A DNA stretch of 32,000 nt from Halorhodospira halophila SL1 (GCF_000015585.1 NC_008789.1:1050001-1082000); one strand, 5' to 3'; numbered from the stretch's first letter, positions 1 through 8,268 are shown. Notes: generated from the sequence alone by a model not told the origin. Numbers and translations are program-made.

Positions 1-1
1 C

Positions 2-1267
2 CTCTTCTACTACGTCTTCGGCATCAACCGCGTCGAGACCCGGGCCCGCAAGCTGGTGGCCGAGGAGCGCATCCCGCCCAGCCCCGGCCCGTCGATGGAG
101 ACCCACAGCCCGTCGCTGGGGCCCGAGTACGCGGAGCAGATCCGCATCTCGGATGCCGTCACCGGACGGCCGCTGGAGTACGGCAACCGGGTCCAGTCGC
201 TGCACAACGGCGAGCAGGCCTACCCGACCATGCTCGAGGCCATCGACGCCGCACAGCAGACCGTCTACCTGAGCACCTACATCTTCGAGACCAACACCAG
301 CGGACGACAGTTCATCCGCGCCCTCACCGCCGCCCACCGCCGCGGCGTGGAGGTGCGGGTGCTCATCGACGGGGTGGGCGAGTTCTACTCCTGGCCCCGG
401 GCCAGCCGGCTACTGCGCCGGACCGGAGTCCCGGTGGCCCGCTTCCTGCCACCGCGGCTATTGCCACCCCAACTCTCGATCAACCTGCGCAACCACCGCA
501 AGCTTCTGGTGATCGATGGCCAGACCGGATTCACCGGCGGCATGAACCTCGGCGACCGCCACTTGCTTCAGTCCGACCGCGAGCACCGCGTGGCGGACAT
601 CCACTTCCTGGTCGACGGCCCGGTGGTGCACCAGATGGAGCAGGTCTTCCTGGAGGACTGGGCGTTCACCACCGGCGAGGCCCGCGCCGCATCGCCGCCC
701 GGCAAGCCCCACGTCGATGGCGCCCTGAGCCGGATCATCACCGACGGCCCCAATGAGGACCTGGACCGCCTGGTGATGACGCTGATCGGCGCCCTATCCG
801 CGGCCCGCGAGGAGATCTGGCTCGTCACCCCGTATTTTTTACCCATGCGCTCGTTGATGACCGCCCTGGAGGCCGCAGCGCTGCGCGGGGTGGAGGTCAA
901 CGTTCTGCTGCCCGCGCGAAACAACCTGCCCTTCGTCCACTGGGCCACGCGGCATATGCTCGGCGAGCTGATCCATTGGGGGGTGAACATCTATTACCAG
1001 CCCCCGCCCTTCGCCCACACCAAGCTGTTCGTCGTCGACCGACGCTACGCCCAAGTCGGCTCGGCGAACATGGACCCGCGCAGCCTGCGGCTGAACTTCG
1101 AGCTCAACGCCGAGTTCTACGACCGCGCCATTGCCGGCGAGATGGCTGCCGACTGCCAGCGCATCCGTGCCCACTCGCGCCGGATCAGCGAGGAGGAATT
1201 GCGCCAGCGCCCGCCCCTGGAGCGCGTTCGCGACGCTGCCTGCTGGCTCGCGTCACCCTACCTGTAG
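2..1267 (+). CDS. cls: Cardiolipin synthase (phospholipase D superfamily), 5' end cut by the window edge
   Basis: The frame is open from base 2 with no upstream stop (LFYYVFGINRVETRARKL..., like the ClsA linker after the TM helices). Two HKD motifs are present: NHRKLLVIDGQTGFTGGMN and HTKLFVVDRRYAQVGSANMD. Stop TAG at 1265-1267. Confidence 0.85.
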   Translation, partial: LFYYVFGINRVETRARKLVAEERIPPSPGPSMETHSPSLGPEYAEQIRISDAVTGRPLEYGNRVQSLHNGEQAYPTMLEAIDAAQQTVYLSTYIFETNTSGRQFIRALTAAHRRGVEVRVLIDGVGEFYSWPRASRLLRRTGVPVARFLPPRLLPPQLSINLRNHRKLLVIDGQTGFTGGMNLGDRHLLQSDREHRVADIHFLVDGPVVHQMEQVFLEDWAFTTGEARAASPPGKPHVDGALSRIITDGPNEDLDRLVMTLIGALSAAREEIWLVTPYFLPMRSLMTALEAAALRGVEVNVLLPARNNLPFVHWATRHMLGELIHWGVNIYYQPPPFAHTKLFVVDRRYAQVGSANMDPRSLRLNFELNAEFYDRAIAGEMAADCQRIRAHSRRISEEELRQRPPLERVRDAACWLASPYL

Positions 1268-1274
1268 GGGCATA

Positions 1275-2750
1275 ATGCCGGCCATGTCCAAAACCTCAGC
1301 ACACCCGCTGGCCGAAGCACTGCGCGCCCGCCTGGGCGCCGCGGACGTGCTGACCGAGCCGGCGCGGATCGCCCCCTACATGACCGAGCAGCGCGGCCAG
1401 TTCCCCGGCCAGGGGCGCTTGGTGGCCCGTCCCGCCGACACCGACGAAGTCGCGGCTACCGTGACCCTATGCCGTCAACACGGGGCCACCGTGGTGGCGC
1501 AGTCCGGGAACACCGGTACCGTCGGCGGCGGCTCCCCCCGGCACGGTGACGAGGTCGTGTTGAGCCTGGAGCGAATGCAGCGCATCCGCAGCCTCGACGC
1601 CGACGACGGCCTGCTGATTGCCGAGGCCGGCTGCACCCTGGCCGATCTGCAGGAGGCCGCCGCCGCGGCCCAGCGCTTTTTCCCGCTGAGCCTGGCCTCC
1701 GAGGCGCAGTGCCGGATCGGCGGCAACCTGGCGACCAACGCCGGTGGGCTGAATGTGCTGCGCTACGGCAACGCCCGCAACCTCACCCTGGGCCTGGAGG
1801 TTGTCCTGGCCGACGGCCGCGTCTGGAGCGACCTGCGCGGGCTGCGCAAGGACAACAGCGGCTACGACCTGCGCGACCTGTTCATCGGCTCCGAGGGAAC
1901 ACTGGGCATCATCACCGCCGCCGCCCTGCGATTACTGCCGCCGCCGCGCAGCCGCCGTGTGGCGCTGCTCGCCCTGCCCCGTCTGGAGCCCGCCCTAGCG
2001 CTGGTGCGGACAGCGCAGGCCGAGAGCGGCGACGCGGTGGTCGGCGCCGAGCTGATGAGCGCCGAGGCCCTGGGCATGGGGCAACGGCTCGATGACACCC
2101 CGGAGAACCCACTGCCGGGGTCGCCCTGGTACCTGCTGCTGGAGCTGGCCACCGCCGACCCGCGGGCGGACCTGGACGAGGCCTTGGCCGCGGCGCTGGA
2201 GCCGGCGGAGGCCGCCGGCGATCTGGCCGACGCCCTGCTCGCCCCCACCGAGGCCGCCGCCGAGCGGCTGTGGCGACTGCGTACGGCCATCCCGGACGGC
2301 CAGAAGCGCGCCGGGGCGAGCATCAAGCACGACATCTCGGTACGCCCCGGCTATATCGCCGCCTTCGTCCCCGAGGCCCTGGCGGCGGTGACTGAGCTGG
2401 ACCCGGCGGTACGCCCCTGCATCTTCGGCCACGTGGGCGACGGCAACCTGCACTTCAACCTAAGCCAGCCGGAACACGCCCCGCCGGAGGCCTTCCAGGC
2501 CCGGGCCGGGACCTTCCACCGGGCGGTGCACGATGTGGTCCGACGGTTCGGCGGCTCGGTGGCCGCCGAGCACGGCGTCGGCCAGCTCAAGCGCGACGAG
2601 GTCGCGCGCTGCGCCGACCCCGTAGGCCTGGAGCTGATGCACCGGATCAAACACGCCCTGGACCCCGAGAACCTACTCAACCCGGGCAAGGGCGCAGCCG
2701 CCGCTCACGCGGCGAGCGCGGCCCCCCCTGGCAGCGGAGCCCCCTCATGA
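1275..2750 (+). CDS. FAD-binding oxidoreductase, GlcD / D-2-hydroxyacid dehydrogenase family
   Basis: ATG 1275 (alternative ATG 1284) lies 8 nt after the cls stop and follows AGGGG; the track start at 1131 overlaps cls and is rejected. FAD-binding motifs: VVAQSGNTGTVGGG, RIGGNLATNAGG, DNSGYDLRDLFIGSEGTLGIIT. The C-terminal part has GHVGDGNLHFN and AEHGVGQLK. The stop overlaps the next start (ATGA at 2747). Confidence 0.85.
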   Translation: MPAMSKTSAHPLAEALRARLGAADVLTEPARIAPYMTEQRGQFPGQGRLVARPADTDEVAATVTLCRQHGATVVAQSGNTGTVGGGSPRHGDEVVLSLERMQRIRSLDADDGLLIAEAGCTLADLQEAAAAAQRFFPLSLASEAQCRIGGNLATNAGGLNVLRYGNARNLTLGLEVVLADGRVWSDLRGLRKDNSGYDLRDLFIGSEGTLGIITAAALRLLPPPRSRRVALLALPRLEPALALVRTAQAESGDAVVGAELMSAEALGMGQRLDDTPENPLPGSPWYLLLELATADPRADLDEALAAALEPAEAAGDLADALLAPTEAAAERLWRLRTAIPDGQKRAGASIKHDISVRPGYIAAFVPEALAAVTELDPAVRPCIFGHVGDGNLHFNLSQPEHAPPEAFQARAGTFHRAVHDVVRRFGGSVAAEHGVGQLKRDEVARCADPVGLELMHRIKHALDPENLLNPGKGAAAAHAASAAPPGSGAPS

Positions 2751-3652
2751 GACGGAGCGTGCTGCACTGGACCCTGCTGCTGGCCCTGTTCCCGCTGCTC
2801 GGCGCCTGCGCCACCACCGACAACCCCAACGACGACGGCGCCGAGGATGAGTGGGCCGCCGAGGACGACGGCTGGAATGAGTACGACGACTGGGACCAGG
2901 GCACCTGGGACCCCCTGGAGGGCTACAACCGCCGGGTACACGCCTTCAACGATGCCGCCGACCGCTACGTGCTCCGCCCCGTGGCCGTGGCCTATCGGGA
3001 CAACGTGCCGCGCGGGGTGCGCCGCCCGCTCGGCAACTTCGTCGACAATCTGCGGGAGCCCTTCCACGCCGGCAACTACTTCCTGCAGGGCCGCGGTAGC
3101 GACGGCACGCGCAGCATCACCCGATTTGCCATCAACTCGACCATCGGCGTGCTCGGCCTGTTCGACGTCGCCGGCGCCGCCGGCCTGGAGTCCAAGCGCA
3201 CCGACCTGGGCCTGACCCTGGGTCACTGGGGCGCCCCCGAGGGCCCCTACCTGGTCCTGCCCCTGCTCGGCCCGAGCAACGCCCGAGACAGCAGCGGCCT
3301 GACTGTGCAGTACTTCAGCCGCCATTACCATAGCCCGACTCACTGGACCGACATCCCCTCTCCCGAGCGCTACGCCGCCCCGATCCTGGCGGGGATCGAC
3401 ACCCGCGTCGACCTGCTCGCCCTCGACGAGCTCATGGCCGAAACCGGCACCGACCCCTATATCTTCATGCGCGAGTCGTACCTGCAGAACCGGCGCGAGC
3501 GCCTGGGCGAGGACGACTGGGATGAGTGGGACGACTGGGACGACGATGAGGAGTGGGACAACGGCGATTGGGACGAGGACGACGAGTGGGAGAATGACAA
3601 CGGATGGGAAAACGGCGACTGGGACGAGGGTGAAGAGGACGACGACAACTGA
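2747..3652 (+). CDS. mlaA: MlaA/VacJ-family outer-membrane lipoprotein with Trp/Asp-rich N- and C-terminal extensions
   Basis: Signal peptide plus lipobox (LFPLLGAC). The VacJ core reads DPLEGYNRRVHAFNDAADRYVLRPVAVAYRDNVP...GNFVDNLREP...INSTIGVLGLFDVA...DLGLTLGHWG...GPYLVLPLLGPSNARD. ATGA overlap with the upstream gene. Confidence 0.85.
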   Translation: MRRSVLHWTLLLALFPLLGACATTDNPNDDGAEDEWAAEDDGWNEYDDWDQGTWDPLEGYNRRVHAFNDAADRYVLRPVAVAYRDNVPRGVRRPLGNFVDNLREPFHAGNYFLQGRGSDGTRSITRFAINSTIGVLGLFDVAGAAGLESKRTDLGLTLGHWGAPEGPYLVLPLLGPSNARDSSGLTVQYFSRHYHSPTHWTDIPSPERYAAPILAGIDTRVDLLALDELMAETGTDPYIFMRESYLQNRRERLGEDDWDEWDDWDDDEEWDNGDWDEDDEWENDNGWENGDWDEGEEDDDN

Positions 3653-3737
3653 CCGGGCCAGCTCAAGTCGACATGCACAGGCGCCGCTAAACTGAACAGG
3701 GGGTAACCAGCCCGGCCTCGTGCCGAAGGAGGGCGCC

Positions 3738-3974
3738 GTGTTCAATGTACCGCCAATCCGGGATACCCAGCGCAACACCCGGCTCAAGCAGTTGGAGGGG
3801 ATCGCCGAGATCCAGCCGGTGGCCCCGTATCCGCGCATCGAGGCGATCGGTCACTCCGGCGATGAGACCGAGCGACCGGATGCGGTGGACGAGCGCCTGC
3901 GCAGCGGCCAGCGCGCCCGCGCCCGCCGGGCGCGCACCGGCGATGACGATCACCAGGTGGACGAATACGCCTAG
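3738..3974 (+). CDS. Hypothetical small protein (78 aa), charged, with an Arg-rich then acidic C-terminus
   Basis: GTG 3738 follows AAGGAGG (3725-3731) after a 6-nt spacer; the track start is GTG 3720. Hand-counted codon-position bias is coding-like: GC3 about 85%, GC2 about 47%. I recognise no family. Its TAG stop shares the tetranucleotide CTAG (3971-3974) with the stop of the convergent RNA ligase gene. Confidence 0.45.
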   Translation: MFNVPPIRDTQRNTRLKQLEGIAEIQPVAPYPRIEAIGHSGDETERPDAVDERLRSGQRARARRARTGDDDHQVDEYA

Positions 3975-5074
3975 TCGTAGACCTGCCCACCGCTGAGGAA
4001 GTTGCCCAGCAGCCCGCTGATCCGCGGGAAGACCCGGTCGAAGCGCAGCTCCCAGTAGCCGTCGGCGGCTTGCTCCAGGCTGCGGACGGTGGTGTGGATC
4101 TGGCTCTGCGGCACCCGGCGCAGATGCTCGGCAAACCGCTCGGCATTGGCCCGGTGGCGGAAGCGGCTGCAGAAGTGGTGGGCCACTTTGTGGGTCTCGC
4201 GGTGCTCGCGGGCGGCATTCAGCAGGGGATCGATGAGCGCCGCGCCGAGTTCGGCGCGCAGCGTTTCGCGGTCCAGTTCCGGCGACTCCTCCAGGATCAG
4301 CACCAGGCGCATCAGCCGATTGGTGAAGTACTCCGGGGGCAGATCGAGCAGCGCATCCCCCATGGCACCGAGGTCCTGAACCACCGAGGCGGGGGTGACG
4401 TACTTGGCCCGCTTGCGCCGATCCCCCTCCTCCTTAAGCACCACCCCCTCCACGCCGCGCGCGTCGAGCCCGGCGATCAACTCGCGCAGGGCCCCGGCCT
4501 GATCGACAGTAAACCGGCCGTGATACGGCACCTCTGGCAGTCCGTGCTCCTGGAGCAACGCGCGGCGCTCCTCGACCGCCATGAACTCGGCGTGGTCCCA
4601 GCGCATCAGATCGAAGACCAGCAGCGCTACGTCCTCGTGGATCTCCGGCGGATGCCCCTCCAGGTACGGGTTCCCCGGCCCCGCCACTTCAGCGCAGAGC
4701 ACCAGATCCGGCTCGGCCTGAAAGACGGCGGGGTCGATGAGATCGGGCAACCGGTCCGTGGTGAAGGGGCAGACGAAACCGCCGCGCGAGAAGGCGAGAT
4801 CCTGGCCGCGATGGCGGACCAGGCGAACGTTGAAGCCGTCGATCTTCTCCTCGGCGTGGAACGGGGCCCGGAAGTGCTGCGCCAGGCCCTGCTCCAGGTT
4901 CAGCACACGACCGATGGAGGGGTAGCCGGGCACGGCGCGCCCGTCGAGGAAGACGGTCCCCCGCGGCCAGCCGGAGAAGCCGTCGGTGAGCCGGACGTAA
5001 TCCAGCCCGGCGTAGTGCTCGTGCCGCGCCTTGTTGCGGGCCAGCGCGTCCTCGACCAGCGAAGCCTCGGGCAT
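3971..5074 (-). CDS. ATP-dependent RNA ligase, Pab1020 / Rnl3 family (367 aa)
   Basis: ATG 5074 follows GGGAAGGGGG and lies 13 nt after the dxs stop; the track start at 5254 would run into dxs. Nucleotidyltransferase motifs are collinear: I EEKIDGFNVR, then SRGGFVCPFTT, AEVAGPGNPYLEG, III-like ALLVFDLM, IV EGVVLK, V KRAKYVTP. The C-terminal GYWELRFDRVFP matches my memory of Pyrococcus abyssi Pab1020. Confidence 0.85.
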   Translation of the reverse strand: MPEASLVEDALARNKARHEHYAGLDYVRLTDGFSGWPRGTVFLDGRAVPGYPSIGRVLNLEQGLAQHFRAPFHAEEKIDGFNVRLVRHRGQDLAFSRGGFVCPFTTDRLPDLIDPAVFQAEPDLVLCAEVAGPGNPYLEGHPPEIHEDVALLVFDLMRWDHAEFMAVEERRALLQEHGLPEVPYHGRFTVDQAGALRELIAGLDARGVEGVVLKEEGDRRKRAKYVTPASVVQDLGAMGDALLDLPPEYFTNRLMRLVLILEESPELDRETLRAELGAALIDPLLNAAREHRETHKVAHHFCSRFRHRANAERFAEHLRRVPQSQIHTTVRSLEQAADGYWELRFDRVFPRISGLLGNFLSGGQVYD

Positions 5075-5087
5075 GGCGCCCCCTTCC

Positions 5088-6962
5088 CTACGACTGCTGC
5101 AGGAGACCCTGCACGGTCCGGCGCACCCCGTCCCGGTCCAGGCCATGCTCGGCCAGGATGTCATTGCGCGCCCCGTGGTGCACAGGGGCGTCCGGCAGCC
5201 CCAGGTGGGTGATCGGGGTATGCACGCCGATGCTGGACAGGTACTCGGCAACACCGCTGCCGGCGCCGCCGGCGATGACGTTCTCCTCCAGCGTCACCAG
5301 GTGGCGACACTCGCCGGCCAGCCGGCGCAGCAGGGCCTCATCCAGCGGCTTGACGAAGCGCATGTTCACCACCGTGGCGTCAAGCTCTTCGCCAACGGCC
5401 TCGGCCACCGGGAGCAGGGCACCGAAGGCGAGCAGGGCCACCCCACTGCCGCCCTCTCGGCGCACCTCGGCCTGTCCCACAGGCAGGGGTTCCATGTCGT
5501 CGGGCAGGGCCTCGCCGGGACCGGTCCCGCGCGGGTAGCGCACCGCCGAGGCGCCCTCGAGCACCAGCCCCGTGGCGAGCATCCGCCAGCACTCCGCCTC
5601 GTCGGCCGGGGCCATGACGGTGAGATCCGGGATGCAGCGCAGGTAGCTGAGGTCGTAGGTGCCCTGGTGGGTGGCCCCATCGGCGCCGACGATGCCCGCC
5701 CGATCCACGGCGAAGAGCACCGGCAGGCGCTGCAGGGCGACGTCGTGGATGACCTGGTCGTAACCACGCTGCAGGAAGGTGGAGTAGATAGCCACCACCG
5801 GGCGCGCGCCCTCGCAGGCCAGCCCGGCAGCCAGGGTGACAGCGTGCTGCTCGGCGATGCCGACATCGAAGAAGCGTTCGGGGAAGCGCCGGGCGTACTC
5901 CACCAGTCCCGAGCCCTCGCGCATCGCCGGAGTGATGGCCACCACCCGCTCGTCGGTGCAGGCAGCCCGGCAGATCCAGCGACTGAAGACATCGGTGTAG
6001 TTGAGCTTGGCCGGTGTGCCCTTGGTGAGCCCGCGGGCCGGGTCGAAGCAGCTCACCCCGTGGTAGGAGATGGGGTCTTCCTCGGCCGGGGCGTACCCCT
6101 TGCCCTTGCGGGTAACCACGTGGAGCAGCCGCGGACCGGGCTGATCACGGAGGTTGCGCAGGACGCGTACCAGCCCCTCGACGTTGTGCCCGTCCACCGG
6201 GCCGAAGTAGTGGAAGCCCAGTTCCTCGAAGAGCGTGGCCGGAGCCAGCAGCCCCTTCACATGGCCTTCGGTGCGCCGGGCCAACTCGTGAATCGGCGGC
6301 AGATAGCGGAGCATGTCCCGGGCACCGCGGCGCAACTGCCCCGCCAACGGCTCGGAGAGCAACCGGGTCAGGTAGTTGGAAAGGGCGCCGACGTTCTCCG
6401 AGATGGACATCTCGTTGTCGTTGAGCACCACCAGCAGATCGGCCTTCACGTCGCCGGCGTGGTTGAGTGCCTCCAGTGCCTCGCCGGCGCTGAGCCCACC
6501 GTCGCCGATGATCGCGGCGCACCGCCGGTGTTCGCCGCCGGCGCGCTCGGCCAGCGCCATGCCTAGGGCGGCGCTGATGCTCGTCGAGGAGTGGCCGACC
6601 CCGAAGGCGTCGTAGGGACTCTCGTCGCGTACGGGGAAACCGGCGGGACCGCCGGCCTGGCGGATGCGGGGCAGCTGGCTGCGCCGGCCGGTCAGGACCT
6701 TGTGGGCGTAGCACTGGTGGCCAACGTCCCATACGAGCCGATCGCGGGGGGTATCCAGGGCGTAGTGCAGCGCCAGGGTCAGCTCCACGGCCCCGAGCCC
6801 GGCAGCGAGGTGCCCCCCGCTCTGCGAGACGCTCTCGACCAGATAGTCGCGCATCTCCTGGGCCACGGCCGGCAATCGCTCCAGCGGCAGGCGCCGCAGA
6901 TCCTCCGGATCGTCGATGGCCGACAGCAATACCTTGTCCTCGTCGTGCGTTCCCATGGTCAT
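5088..6962 (-). CDS. dxs: 1-deoxy-D-xylulose-5-phosphate synthase
   Basis: Full-length match to Dxs as I remember it: [37 protein letters not shown], the ThDP motif [18 protein letters not shown]...[11 protein letters not shown], and the transketolase-like pyrimidine and C-terminal domains. ATG 6962 (or 6956). Confidence 0.95.
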   Translation of the reverse strand: MTMGTHDEDKVLLSAIDDPEDLRRLPLERLPAVAQEMRDYLVESVSQSGGHLAAGLGAVELTLALHYALDTPRDRLVWDVGHQCYAHKVLTGRRSQLPRIRQAGGPAGFPVRDESPYDAFGVGHSSTSISAALGMALAERAGGEHRRCAAIIGDGGLSAGEALEALNHAGDVKADLLVVLNDNEMSISENVGALSNYLTRLLSEPLAGQLRRGARDMLRYLPPIHELARRTEGHVKGLLAPATLFEELGFHYFGPVDGHNVEGLVRVLRNLRDQPGPRLLHVVTRKGKGYAPAEEDPISYHGVSCFDPARGLTKGTPAKLNYTDVFSRWICRAACTDERVVAITPAMREGSGLVEYARRFPERFFDVGIAEQHAVTLAAGLACEGARPVVAIYSTFLQRGYDQVIHDVALQRLPVLFAVDRAGIVGADGATHQGTYDLSYLRCIPDLTVMAPADEAECWRMLATGLVLEGASAVRYPRGTGPGEALPDDMEPLPVGQAEVRREGGSGVALLAFGALLPVAEAVGEELDATVVNMRFVKPLDEALLRRLAGECRHLVTLEENVIAGGAGSGVAEYLSSIGVHTPITHLGLPDAPVHHGARNDILAEHGLDRDGVRRTVQGLLQQS

Positions 6963-7035
6963 CGGGGCATGATAGCCGATTCAGGCGCGGCCTGGACTAG
7001 GGTCGGCGTCGAAGTGCCTCGCCCATCGCCCGGCC

Positions 7036-7938
7036 CTAAGGGCGGACGGCCCGGGCTAGGATGTAGTCCAGCCCGGCGTAGAGCCGCTCAGCCTCCATAC
7101 GCCGCGCCCAGCGGGCCGGCAGACGGGCCATCGGATGGAGCCGCTCGAGGGTCTCCGGGTGGGCCTGCAGCCAGGCGTGCAGCGGCGCATAGACGTCCTC
7201 GCGGATCGAACGCACGTGCACGTCCACAAACCCGGCCGCGGTCAGATACCCCGGATAGGCGAGCCGGGTGTAGCGGTTGGCCTCGGGGATGGCAAAACGA
7301 CTGGCGACCAGCCACCACGACAGGCGCTGGCGCAGTCGCTCGGCAACCCGGGCGGCGCGCGGCAGCGGCACGATGTCCGCGGTGACCAGGCGACCACCGG
7401 GGCGCAGGACCCGGTAGGCCTCGGCGAAGAACTCGGCCCGGGTCTGGAAGTGGAAGGCGGACTCCAGGGCCACCACGCAGTCGACCGAGGCGTCCTCCAG
7501 CGGCATGGCGGTGGCCGATCCCTCGTGGAGCTCGATCTGCCCCTCCAGCCCGACCTCGGCTAGGCGCTCGCGGGCCACTGCCACCTGGGAGGCGGTGATA
7601 TTCAGGCCGATGATCCGCTGCGGCTGGTGGATCCGCGCCCAGAGCAGATCCTGATCGGCGAAGCCGAACCCGACATCGAGCACCGTATCCTCGGGACCCA
7701 TGCCGGCCGTATCGGCGACCAGCCGCGCCAGCGCCGCGCTGGCCGCGTCCAGGTCTTCTTCCCCGGTCCAGTAGCCCAGGTTGAGGTAGAGACCTTCGGC
7801 GGTGATGGCGCCGGTACCCAGCAGATCGTAGACCGCCTGGGCGTCACGCCGCTGAAACGGATTGAACAACCAGTCGAGATAGCTGAGGGCACGACCGCCA
7901 GTGCCGCGGCGATCCGGTGAAGTGGGTACTGGGGGCAT
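7036..7938 (-). CDS. Class I SAM-dependent methyltransferase (natural-product O-methyltransferase-like fold), substrate unknown
   Basis: Motifs: YLNLGYW, motif I VLDVGFGFADQ, RIIGLNITASQVAVARERL, VDCVVALESAFHF, RVLRPGGRLV. ATG 7938; same strand as dxs, 73 nt upstream of it. Confidence 0.8.
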   Translation of the reverse strand: MPPVPTSPDRRGTGGRALSYLDWLFNPFQRRDAQAVYDLLGTGAITAEGLYLNLGYWTGEEDLDAASAALARLVADTAGMGPEDTVLDVGFGFADQDLLWARIHQPQRIIGLNITASQVAVARERLAEVGLEGQIELHEGSATAMPLEDASVDCVVALESAFHFQTRAEFFAEAYRVLRPGGRLVTADIVPLPRAARVAERLRQRLSWWLVASRFAIPEANRYTRLAYPGYLTAAGFVDVHVRSIREDVYAPLHAWLQAHPETLERLHPMARLPARWARRMEAERLYAGLDYILARAVRP

Positions 7939-8092
7939 ACGGGGCTCACGGACGGGTGGATACAGGACTCATCTTAAGGAGATGAGCAGCCCTTAGCGCC
8001 CCAGTTTCAGTAAGGGATTAGCTTAGCGACGAACACCCGCGTCGCGGGCAACGGAGACCGGACGGGTCGCGGAGAGGCACAGGAGAATGGAC

Positions 8093-8169
8093 TGGTGGCT
8101 ATGGGTGGAGTCGAACCACCGACCTTCGCATTATGAGTGCGACGCTCTAACCAGCTGAGCTACATAGCC
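8093..8169 (-). tRNA. tRNA-Met (anticodon CAT), elongator type, CCA encoded
   Basis: The reverse complement GGCTATGTAGCTCAGCTGGTTAGAGCGTCGCACTCATAATGCGAAGGTCGGTGGTTCGACTCCACCCATAGCCACCA folds as a cloverleaf: 7-bp acceptor GGCTATG/CATAGCC, anticodon loop CTCATAA, T-arm GGTGG-TTCGACT-CCACC. It closely resembles E. coli elongator tRNA-Met. There are no three G-C pairs in the anticodon stem and 1:72 is paired, so it is not an initiator. Confidence 0.9.
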
Positions 8170-8183
8170 ACAAGGCAACGCGT

Positions 8184-8212
8184 ATTCTCCGAGCCCGCGC
8201 AGGTCGTGTCAA
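8184..8212 (-). promoter_or_regulatory. Candidate sigma70 promoter of tRNA-Met
   Basis: On the minus strand: TTGACA (8212-8207), 17 nt, GAGAAT (8189-8184), then the GC-rich discriminator ACGCG. The tRNA 5' end at 8169 lies about 8 nt after the predicted start site. Confidence 0.4.
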
Positions 8213-8239
8213 GGCTGCAGCCGCCGTGTGCCGGGGCCC

Positions 8240-8268
8240 TTGGTACGCCGCGCCGAGTCGGTCAGAAT
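8240..8268 (+). promoter_or_regulatory. Candidate sigma70 promoter of the HPF/RaiA-like gene
   Basis: TTGGTA (8240-8245), 17 nt, CAGAAT (8263-8268). It would give a leader of about 78 nt containing the small hairpin CGGAG-ttttcaacg-CTCCG. Confidence 0.3.

Noticed and set aside
2705-3838. 377-aa minus-strand ORF opposite mlaA
   Set aside because: It is a shadow frame. The hydrophobic VVVL/PLV repeats are the reverse translation of the Asp/Trp-rich mlaA tail.
3738-5074. Small ORF plus RNA ligase as a toxin-antitoxin pair
   Set aside because: The genes are convergent rather than co-transcribed, and neither resembles a known TA family.
5031-6566. 511-aa plus-strand ORF, and other shadow ORFs, opposite dxs
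   Set aside because: It is antisense to dxs, which matches the family end to end. Its composition is low-complexity and typical of a GC-rich shadow frame.
3971-7938. Methyltransferase plus RNA ligase as a Hen1/Pnkp-like RNA repair module
   Set aside because: The methyltransferase motifs resemble small-molecule O-methyltransferases rather than Hen1. dxs separates the two genes. No kinase/phosphatase domain is present, and the ligase is Rnl3-type, not the Pnkp ligase domain. The idea is unsupported speculation.
7968-7986. Palindrome CTCATCT-taagg-AGATGAG upstream of the methyltransferase and downstream of tRNA-Met
   Set aside because: It is only a 7-bp AT-rich stem with no clear U-tract. It could be a weak tRNA terminator or an operator, but the evidence is too thin to annotate.
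8093-8169. tRNA-Met (and tRNA-Gln at 12168-12242) as attachment sites of an integrated island
   Set aside because: There is no integrase, no direct repeat of a tRNA 3' end and no compositional break visible nearby. The flanking genes are housekeeping and syntenic.
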